A stretch of DNA of 64,000 nt from an uncultured bacterium (GTDB taxonomy: Bacteria > Krumholzibacteriota > Krumholzibacteriia > LZORAL124-64-63), in NCBI GenBank assembly GCA_903912525.1, contig CAIWHK010000025.1:136881-200880 (forward strand). The letters are read 5' to 3'. Position numbers and translations under genes: made by a program. Of this stretch, positions 23,607 through 31,123 are shown in pieces. Position 1 is the first letter of the stretch. Every line of letters starts with the position of its first letter. Below the pieces are notes generated by a model. That model ran no database searches. It was not told where the DNA came from and saw only the letters and a program-made list of their open reading frames with translations.

Positions 23607-24239
23607 TCAGTCGGTCTTCTGGTCGGGCCGGTTCCGGTGCTGGCGGCGGCCGCCACGACGCTCGGCATCCATGCCGTCGGCGCCAGGCCGACCGGGGCCG
23701 CGGCCGCCGTGCATGTAGGGGCCACGCGGGCCGCCCGGACCGAAGCCGCCACGCCCCCCGCCGATCATCATCAGCTTGTCGCGCTGGTCTTCGGTCAGCA
23801 GCTTGCGCATGGCCAGCCGATCCAGCAGGCGACCCGCCTGCAACTGGCTGCGCAGGTCACCGGCCTGCTTCGACAGGGCGAGCACCGTCTTCTCGGAAGG
23901 GTCGTCCTTCATCATCTCGCCCTGCAGGTCGTGCCGGAGCAGGCGCGCCTGCTTGCGCAGCGGCAGGTCACGGGCGCGGCCGGCCTCGAAGATCTTCGCG
24001 ATCGCGTCCTGCTGCGCGTCGGTCAGTTCCAGTCGCCGCGCCATGCGGGCGCGGAAGCCGGGTTCGAAATCGGCGGTGTCGTCGTCGGCGTCGGCGCGCG
24101 CGGCCATGCCGGGGACGTCGGGGCCGTCAGCGGCCAGGTCGTCGTCCTGCGCCAGGACCGGGATGGCGGCGGTCGCCAGGACCGCCAGGACCACCCCCAG
24201 GAGGGCGCGCCGGATCGGGAATCGGATCGGCTTCAACAT
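23607..24239 (-). CDS. LTXXQ motif periplasmic protein (Spy/CpxP/ZraP family), Gly-rich C-terminus
   Basis: Signal peptide; LTDAQQDAI and LTEDQRDKL LTXXQ motifs; 17 nt upstream of the ECF sigma gene. Confidence 0.6.
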   Translation of the reverse strand: MLKPIRFPIRRALLGVVLAVLATAAIPVLAQDDDLAADGPDVPGMAARADADDDTADFEPGFRARMARRLELTDAQQDAIAKIFEAGRARDLPLRKQARLLRHDLQGEMMKDDPSEKTVLALSKQAGDLRSQLQAGRLLDRLAMRKLLTEDQRDKLMMIGGGRGGFGPGGPRGPYMHGGRGPGRPGADGMDAERRGGRRQHRNRPDQKTD

Positions 24240-24344
24240 GATGGTCACCTCTGCCTGTTCGCGCCCCCGAGGGGCGCCTGCCTTGTGGTCCGCGGGATTC
24301 ATGCATGCGCGAGCCCTAACGCGGCAGGTCGGCGGCGCCAGCGG

Positions 24345-26399
24345 TCAACGTTGCAGATCCTCGACCACCTTGGCGAGGTTGGTCGTCAGGTCGGGGTGGC
24401 CGGGGGCCACGCGCAGGCCCTCGCGGAAGACGTCGGCGGCCTCGGCCAGCGACCCGCCGCGGGCCAGCAGGATGCCCAGGTCGACGTAGGCCTGGGGATT
24501 GCCCGGGTGCCAGCGGCGCAGTTCGCGCGCCGCGGCCAGCGCCTGCTCGCGACGGCCGGCCTGCTCGCTCAGCACGGCGGACAGGTGCAGGAGATCGACG
24601 TCGCGCGGGTGGGCCTGCAACGCCTGCAGCACGCGCGGGTAGGCCTCGTCGCGGCGCTTCTGCTCGAGCTGCAGGCGGATGACCTGCTTCAGCAGGTCGA
24701 GGTTCTGCGAGACGGCGCCGCAACCCTCCAGGAGCGTCTTCTCGGCGCCGGCGGCATCGCCGCGCTCGTACTGCACCATCGCCAGGCCCAGCCACGGCGC
24801 CGGGCCGCCGGCCTTGCCCACCAGCGCCTGGCGGTAGAGTGCCTCGGCGCGCGCCAATGAACCGTCGTCGTGTGTGGCGGAACCGACCTGGGCCCAACGC
24901 AGCGCCTCGTTGGCAGCAGCCATCGCCTTCCAGTCGCGGCGAATGTTCCCCAGACCCCAGGGCACGACCAGCAGCACGGCGACCAGCCACGGCGCCCACG
25001 CACGCCACTGCCGCGCGCGCGGCAGGCCATCGCCCAGCAGGCGCGCGATCGCCAGGCCGGCCAGCAGCGCCAACGCCGGCACCAGCGCCAAGCGGTAGCG
25101 CGAGACCACGAAGAAGACGCTCTGCACCGCCAGCAGCGCCAGCAGAACGACGGCCCACCAGCGCGATGCCGGCAGGCGCCAGGCGCCGGCCAGCCCGACC
25201 AGGCCCAGGACCGCGATCAGCGCATACGGCGCCACGAGCGCGCGCAGCGAAGGCGCCGAGTTCGTCCAGCCGTCGATGGTGGTCAACTGGTCGATCTCCC
25301 AACCCTGGAGGTGCAGGCGCACCTTCCTGAGCCACAGCCCGGCCGCGCGCGCCGGATGCTGGCGGATCGAGGCCAGGGCTGCGTCGGCCCACAGGCTGTC
25401 CGCCTGCGCGAGGCTGACCGAGGGCCGGTCGAAGCGCTCGGCCAGGAAGGCGCGGCCGGCGGGATCGAGGAGCCACGAGCCGGGCACCACGGCCACATAG
25501 AAGCCGTTCGCCTCCGGCCCGTTGCCGATGTAGAGATTCACGCCGCCGTTCAGCGCCGGGCCAACCAGCCGGCCGGCCGCCTTCGAATTGCGGGCCGCCG
25601 CCGGGGCCAGCACCACGAGCGCACCGAGAACCACCGCCGCGACGGCCACCGCGCGATGCGCACGGCTGCCCGCCCGGGCCCCCGCGGCCGCCGGTCGGGC
25701 CGGCCACGCCGCCGCAGCCATGCCCACGGGCAACAGCGCCACCGACGTGCCGCGCAGCAGCGTGGCCAGGCCGACCACCACGCCCAGCAGGGCCGCGCGC
25801 GCCACGACGGGCCAGGCGGGCGCGGGCTTCGCGGCCGGGTCCACGCGCCAGGTCGCATCCCAGGTCGCGAGCGCCAGGAAGACAGTCACCAGGAAGGCGA
25901 GCGGCACATCGAGCAGGATGGTGACTGCGTACACCGCGGCCGGCCGATACAGCGCGAACAGCGCCGCCGGCAGCCACACGACCAGTGTCCGCTTCCAGCC
26001 CCCGGGGACCAGCGACGCCAGATGGCGGCCCGCCATCACGCGCAGCAACGCGACGATGCCCAGCCAGCAGCCGAACTGGACCAGGCGGATGCCGCGCAAC
26101 TGTTCCGGACGATAGACGCGCGCGGTCGGGTCGGCCGGGGCGCTGCCGCTCAGCTCGATCAGACGCGGGTAGAGGGGCGACATGTAGGCGGGCTCGGTCG
26201 GGTCCGCTGGGGCCGCGGCGCGGTCGAGGTAGTAGATCTCGTCGAGGATGGGCGCGCGCCCGAAGACCGAGCGTTCGGCCTGCGGCAGGAACACGGCCCA
26301 GAACGCGGCCAGCAGCAGGCCGGCGACGAGCAGGCCCAGGAAGCGGCGAGGCGCGCCGCTCCCGGCCGCAGGCGCAGCAAAGCCGCGCCGCGCGCTCAC
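24345..26399 (-). CDS. GT39 (PMT/ArnT-like) membrane glycosyltransferase with C-terminal TPR repeats (TMTC-like)
   Basis: Multi-TM N-terminal region with DE loop motif (ILDEIYY), C-terminal TPR repeats; start proposed at GTG overlapping ychF stop (GTGA), uncertain. Confidence 0.6.
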   Translation of the reverse strand: MSARRGFAAPAAGSGAPRRFLGLLVAGLLLAAFWAVFLPQAERSVFGRAPILDEIYYLDRAAAPADPTEPAYMSPLYPRLIELSGSAPADPTARVYRPEQLRGIRLVQFGCWLGIVALLRVMAGRHLASLVPGGWKRTLVVWLPAALFALYRPAAVYAVTILLDVPLAFLVTVFLALATWDATWRVDPAAKPAPAWPVVARAALLGVVVGLATLLRGTSVALLPVGMAAAAWPARPAAAGARAGSRAHRAVAVAAVVLGALVVLAPAAARNSKAAGRLVGPALNGGVNLYIGNGPEANGFYVAVVPGSWLLDPAGRAFLAERFDRPSVSLAQADSLWADAALASIRQHPARAAGLWLRKVRLHLQGWEIDQLTTIDGWTNSAPSLRALVAPYALIAVLGLVGLAGAWRLPASRWWAVVLLALLAVQSVFFVVSRYRLALVPALALLAGLAIARLLGDGLPRARQWRAWAPWLVAVLLVVPWGLGNIRRDWKAMAAANEALRWAQVGSATHDDGSLARAEALYRQALVGKAGGPAPWLGLAMVQYERGDAAGAEKTLLEGCGAVSQNLDLLKQVIRLQLEQKRRDEAYPRVLQALQAHPRDVDLLHLSAVLSEQAGRREQALAAARELRRWHPGNPQAYVDLGILLARGGSLAEAADVFREGLRVAPGHPDLTTNLAKVVEDLQR

Positions 26400-27451
26400 A
26401 CGCTGAACCTGATCTCGATGATGTCGCCGTCCTGGACCACGTAGGCCTTGCCCTCGAGGCGCACCTTGTTGGCGGCCTTGGCCGCCGACATGTCGCCGGC
26501 GGCGATCAGGTCCTCGTACCCGGTGACCTCGGCGCGGATGAAGCCGCGCTGCAGGTCCGAGTGGATGGCGCCCGCGGCGACCGGCGCCGTCGAGCCGCGA
26601 CGCACCGTCCAGGCGCGGCACTCGTCCGGCCCCACGGTGAAGAAGCTCTGCAGTTCGAGCGCGGCGTAGGCGGCGCGGATCATGCTGCCGAATGCGGGTT
26701 CGGCGATGCCCATGTCGGCCAGGAACTCGGCGGCTTCCTCGGCCGACAGTTCGGCCAGCTCGGCCTCGATGCGCGCGCACAGCGACACAACGGCGGCGCC
26801 CGCCTGCTCGGCGGCGGCCATCACGTCGGCGCCGGGATCGGTGCTTTCCTCGTGGTTGAGCACGATGATCATCGGCTTGCTGGTCAGGAACGCGTACCCC
26901 ACCGAGAGCTTGGCGTCGTCGACCGTCAGCGTCAGTTCACGCAACGGGCGGCCGGCCTCGAGCTGCTCCTTGAAGCGCTCCATCAGAGGCTGTTCGAGCG
27001 GGTTGGCCACCTTGCCCAGCCGCGCCTTGTCCTTGATCAGGCGATCGAGGCGGTTCTCGACGATCTGCAGGTCGGCCATGACCAGTTCGAGCGCGAGGTT
27101 CTCGATCTCGCCCTTCGGGTCGGACGGGCCGTAGCCGCCGTCGAAGCAGCGCACGACCTGCGCCAGCGCATCGACCTTGCGGGCATGCTCCAGGAAGCGG
27201 ACCGCTTCGCGCGCGCCGTCGGCGCCGACGCCGCCGGCGAACCCGGGGACATCGACCCACGAGATGGCCGCGTACACGGTGCGCTTCGGCTTGAACATCG
27301 CCGTCAGGCGGTCCAGGCGCGCGTCGGGCACATGCCCGGTCGCCAGGTACGGATCGACGCCGCCCTGGCCGGTGGGCCGGCTGCCGCCGGTGATGACGTT
27401 ATGGAGGGTGGTCTTGCCCGTGAACTTCAGACCGATCAGCCCGACCTGCAC
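26396..27451 (-). CDS. ychF: redox-regulated ATPase YchF (Obg family GTPase)
   Basis: MQVGLIGLKFTGKTTLHN... G1-G4 motifs and C-terminal TGS domain. Confidence 0.9.
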   Translation of the reverse strand: MQVGLIGLKFTGKTTLHNVITGGSRPTGQGGVDPYLATGHVPDARLDRLTAMFKPKRTVYAAISWVDVPGFAGGVGADGAREAVRFLEHARKVDALAQVVRCFDGGYGPSDPKGEIENLALELVMADLQIVENRLDRLIKDKARLGKVANPLEQPLMERFKEQLEAGRPLRELTLTVDDAKLSVGYAFLTSKPMIIVLNHEESTDPGADVMAAAEQAGAAVVSLCARIEAELAELSAEEAAEFLADMGIAEPAFGSMIRAAYAALELQSFFTVGPDECRAWTVRRGSTAPVAAGAIHSDLQRGFIRAEVTGYEDLIAAGDMSAAKAANKVRLEGKAYVVQDGDIIEIRFSV

Positions 27452-27563
27452 TGCATGCGCTCCTGGGACAGGGTGCTTTCATGGGGACGCGTTCTCGCGC
27501 AAGAATAGGCCCCGCCGCGCGCAGGGCCAAACGCCAACCGGACGGATGCGGGTCCGGGAACGA

Positions 27564-27983
27564 TCAGTCGCCGGGCGGCTCGGGCGTGGCCCAGGGCGAG
27601 GCGTTCTCGTACGGGTCGGACCAGTCGGACCAGGGGCCGGCCACGCCGCCCGCGGTCGTCCCGCGCACGCGCACCAGGTACGAGTGGTAATAGTCGAGCG
27701 TCAGCCAGACGACATGGGAATCGACCGGCCCGGCCACCCTCGTGAAGGTCAGCGGACTGACCAATTCCTCGACACTGCGGGTCAGATCCCGGACCTGGGC
27801 TTCGTACCGTGCGGGCGCCGACTGGCTGGCCGAAACAGGCGCCGCGGCGAACGCCACGCGCACCAGGGCATCGCGGGCCCGGACTTTGTCGCCCCCGGCC
27901 GCACGCAGCCAGGCGGCCGTTCCCAACCCTGCGCAAAGGGCAACTACCACAATGATCAGCCTGATTTTCCGCGATCTGGTCAT
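27564..27983 (-). CDS. hypothetical membrane-anchored protein (FN3-like beta domain)
   Basis: N-terminal signal anchor, C-terminal WSDWSD-containing beta-rich domain; no confident family. Confidence 0.4.
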   Translation of the reverse strand: MTRSRKIRLIIVVVALCAGLGTAAWLRAAGGDKVRARDALVRVAFAAAPVSASQSAPARYEAQVRDLTRSVEELVSPLTFTRVAGPVDSHVVWLTLDYYHSYLVRVRGTTAGGVAGPWSDWSDPYENASPWATPEPPGD

Positions 27984-28271
27984 GGCTCTTCCCGTCCCGG
28001 GAGCACCCGGGGTCGCAAGGTCGTGGGGCCGGCTAACGGCATTCCCCCGAGGGGCTAACGGACAAGATACCAGATCGGCCCCGCGCTTGCTACCACCGGG
28101 AGGGACGTTCGGCCGGCGCCCCCAATGGGGTCAAGAACGGCTTTTCATGTGTTTCCTGTTGCCGCGCCGGGTGCCGAACCGGCATATTCAGGGAACAAAC
28201 CCCTGATTCGGCTCCTTACACGCCGAGCCCCGGAGGGATCCGGGCGACACGTCTGGGTTTGTGCACGGAGG

Positions 28272-30017
28272 ATGGATCGTTTGCGCCGCCTGCTCCTGAC
28301 AATCTTCATCACCTGCGCAGCGACCGCGCTTCCCGCCTGGGGGGCCGATCTTCGCGTTCCCGGCACCTATGCCACGATCAGCGCGGCGCTCTCGTCCGCG
28401 TCCGCCGGTGACCGTGTGCTCGTGACCGCCGGGACGTACCGCGAGCACGGGCTGGTCCTTCGCGACGGTGTTGTCCTGGCCGGCGCCGGCCCATCGCCCG
28501 ACGCCGTCATCATCGACGGCCAGGACGCCGGCCGCATCCTCACCTGCGAGAACACGACGCGCGCCGCGGAAGTGCGCAACCTGACCTTTACGCGCGGCCG
28601 CGCCGTCGGCGCCACGCTGCGCGAAGGCAGCGGCGGCGCCATCCTGTGCAACCATGCCGCGCTGACCATCGCCGACTGTCATTTCCGCGGCAACAGCGCC
28701 GAACAGAACGGCGGCGCCGTCTGGATTCTCGAGGCGTCGCCCACGATCACCGGCTGCGTGTTCAGCGGCAACACGGCCGGCGGCGGCGGCGGCGGCGTCG
28801 ATTGCACGCTCAACGCATCGCCCAGCCTGCAGAACTGCCGCTTCGAGAACAACCAGGCCGACTGGGGCGCCGGCCTGTCGTGCCGCGACATCTCGTCGCC
28901 CGTCGTCATCTCCACGATGTTCATCGCCAACACGACCGTCGGGACCCGCGGCTACGGCGGCGGCGCGTTCGCCGACCTCGACTCGAAGCCCGCCTTCCTG
29001 TCCTGCACCTTCACGGCGAACCAGGCGCGCTACGGCGGCGCGGTGGCGAACTTCGCCGGCGCCGACGCCACGCTGGTGCGCTGCACGCTGGTCGGCAACC
29101 ACGGCACCTGGCGCGGCGCAGGCATCTACACGAACAACGCCTCGACGACGATCGGCGCGAGCATCATCGCCTTCCATGACGGCCCCGGCGTGTTCTCGGG
29201 CGGGACCTACGGCCCGCAACTGAACCAGTGCGACCTCTACGGGAACACCGGCGGCAACTGGACGGGCGCCGCGGCGCCCGCAGGCATCGGAGCCGCAAAC
29301 CTGGCGCGCAACCCGCTGTTCTGCGTCGCTTCCGACCCGGCGACGCTGACGTTCGCCCTGCAGGACGGCTCGCCCTGCCACCCCGACAGCAACGGGGGCC
29401 TGACGCTCGGTGCCTGGCCTGCCGGCTGCGGCGCTCCCCTGCCCTCCACGCTCCAACTGGCCGCGAACTGGGCCGGCAACCAGGCCCGCCTGGCCTGGAG
29501 CCTGCCGGACGGCCTGGGCGTGGTGCCCGCGTTCCGGCTGACGGGCGCGCTGGCGACCACGCCCGAGGTAACCTGGGAGATCCCGTTCACCGACCAGGGC
29601 GGCGGGCAGTTCGTCGCCGACGACCCCGGCGCCGCGCTGCAGGGCGAAGGCCCGTTCACCTGGTGCCTGTATGCGCAGTTCGCGGGCGGGGACTGGACGC
29701 TGATGGCGCAGGTGACCATGGACCTGCCGCGCGACGTGCCGGGCGTCAGCCATGTCATGGCGGCGCCGAATCCGTTCAACCCAGCGACGTCGATCCGCTT
29801 CCAGCTTGCCGTGTCCCAGCGCGTGCGCGTGACGGTTTACGACATGGTGGGACGGCTGGTGGCGAGACTGGCCGACCAGGTCTTCACGGTCGGCGAGAAC
29901 GCGGTCACCTGGGACGGGCAGGCCGACGATGGTCGCGACCTGGCGTCGGGCACCTACCTGGTCCTGGTCGACAGCCCGGGGCGCGAGGTCTCGACCAAGG
30001 TCACGCTGTTCAAATAA
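28272..30017 (+). CDS. right-handed parallel beta-helix repeat protein with C-terminal T9SS-type (NPFNP / FlgD-Ig-like) sorting domain
   Basis: Signal peptide after GGAGG RBS; repeated NxxGGA/pectin-lyase-fold repeats; C-terminus NPFNPATSIRFQL...VYDMVGRLV...WDGQADDGRDLASGTYLVLV...KVTLFK. Confidence 0.7.
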   Translation: MDRLRRLLLTIFITCAATALPAWGADLRVPGTYATISAALSSASAGDRVLVTAGTYREHGLVLRDGVVLAGAGPSPDAVIIDGQDAGRILTCENTTRAAEVRNLTFTRGRAVGATLREGSGGAILCNHAALTIADCHFRGNSAEQNGGAVWILEASPTITGCVFSGNTAGGGGGGVDCTLNASPSLQNCRFENNQADWGAGLSCRDISSPVVISTMFIANTTVGTRGYGGGAFADLDSKPAFLSCTFTANQARYGGAVANFAGADATLVRCTLVGNHGTWRGAGIYTNNASTTIGASIIAFHDGPGVFSGGTYGPQLNQCDLYGNTGGNWTGAAAPAGIGAANLARNPLFCVASDPATLTFALQDGSPCHPDSNGGLTLGAWPAGCGAPLPSTLQLAANWAGNQARLAWSLPDGLGVVPAFRLTGALATTPEVTWEIPFTDQGGGQFVADDPGAALQGEGPFTWCLYAQFAGGDWTLMAQVTMDLPRDVPGVSHVMAAPNPFNPATSIRFQLAVSQRVRVTVYDMVGRLVARLADQVFTVGENAVTWDGQADDGRDLASGTYLVLVDSPGREVSTKVTLFK

Positions 30018-30933
30018 CAGGGCGCGGCTGGTCAACCGGCCGGAAATCCCAGGCAGGAGCGCGGCCGCCGCGCCGACGGGCCACGATGCCCGCGGCAGGG
30101 CGGCCGTCGTCGTCGAAGCCCTCCTCGTGCGCCAGCACGTCCCAGTGCGGCGCCGCGAAGGCGCGGACCAGCTCGCCCGGCCGCAGGCGATGGCGCGCGG
30201 TGACATCGTCGGGCAGGCCCGGCGCCTCGCGGAACGTGCGCACGACCGCCACCCCACCATCGCCCACCAGGTCGCCCATCCGCGCCAGCACGCCGCGATC
30301 CAGACAGCGGATGTTCACGACCACGGCCCAGGGGCCGGGCGGCAACGCGTCGACGGCGCGCACGTCGGCGTCGACCACGCGCAGCGGGACGCAGCGACTG
30401 GCGGCCAGCCGCTCTGCCAGCACGAGGGCCTCCGGTTGCCAGTCGACGCCGGTGACGCGGTAGCCGCGCGCGGCCAGCCAGACCGCGGCGCGGCCGGAAC
30501 CGCAACCGAGGTCGAGCACCGGGCCGAGCGCCGGCGGCGGCAGCAGTCCGGCGTGCGCCACGAGCCAGTGCGGCGGCTGCCACAGCGTGCGGTCGCTGGG
30601 GCCGCGTTCGACCCATTGGGCGGGCAGTCGTTCCAGCGCCGATTCATCGACAGCGATGGCCGCCAGGCGCGCGCGGCCTCGGCCGGCCAGCGCTCGAGCC
30701 AGCCCCTGCGCCCGCTCACCGGTGGCCGCCACAACCAGCAGCGGCCGGTGGCGCGGCGGCAGGAAAATCGACGGCAGACCGGCATCCAGCTGCGCTGGAT
30801 CAGCGGCCAGGTCGGCCACCCCGGGCATCGACACGGCACCGCTCAGGTGCCCTGCCGCGAACACCCCGCACTCCCTCTCGTCCAGGACAGCCGCAGACGG
30901 GTCCTGGGCCAGGAAACCCACGACTGCCTGCAT
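30010..30933 (-). CDS. fusion of a Cys-less rhodanese-homology domain and a TehB-like class I SAM methyltransferase
   Basis: N-terminal rhodanese fold lacking the CRxGxR cysteine; C-terminal VLDLGCGSGRAAVWLAARGYRVTGVD SAM-binding motif resembling TehB; start codon uncertain (ATG 30933 or upstream GTG). Confidence 0.55.
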   Translation of the reverse strand: MQAVVGFLAQDPSAAVLDERECGVFAAGHLSGAVSMPGVADLAADPAQLDAGLPSIFLPPRHRPLLVVAATGERAQGLARALAGRGRARLAAIAVDESALERLPAQWVERGPSDRTLWQPPHWLVAHAGLLPPPALGPVLDLGCGSGRAAVWLAARGYRVTGVDWQPEALVLAERLAASRCVPLRVVDADVRAVDALPPGPWAVVVNIRCLDRGVLARMGDLVGDGGVAVVRTFREAPGLPDDVTARHRLRPGELVRAFAAPHWDVLAHEEGFDDDGRPAAGIVARRRGGRAPAWDFRPVDQPRPVI

Positions 30934-31123
30934 GTCGTTGTCTTGAAACAAGATGAAACTCACGCTGCGCCCTCCCGAACACCCGGGGACCTTTTGGTGG
31001 CCCCTACCCAATGCGTGCTTTATTATCGCCCCCCCGGGCCGAAATCAAAACCGGGACAGCGTTCGTGCTTCCCGCTCAAGCCCGTTCCGACGGCCCGGAT
31101 GCCGCCGCCCAGGAGAAACGCAC

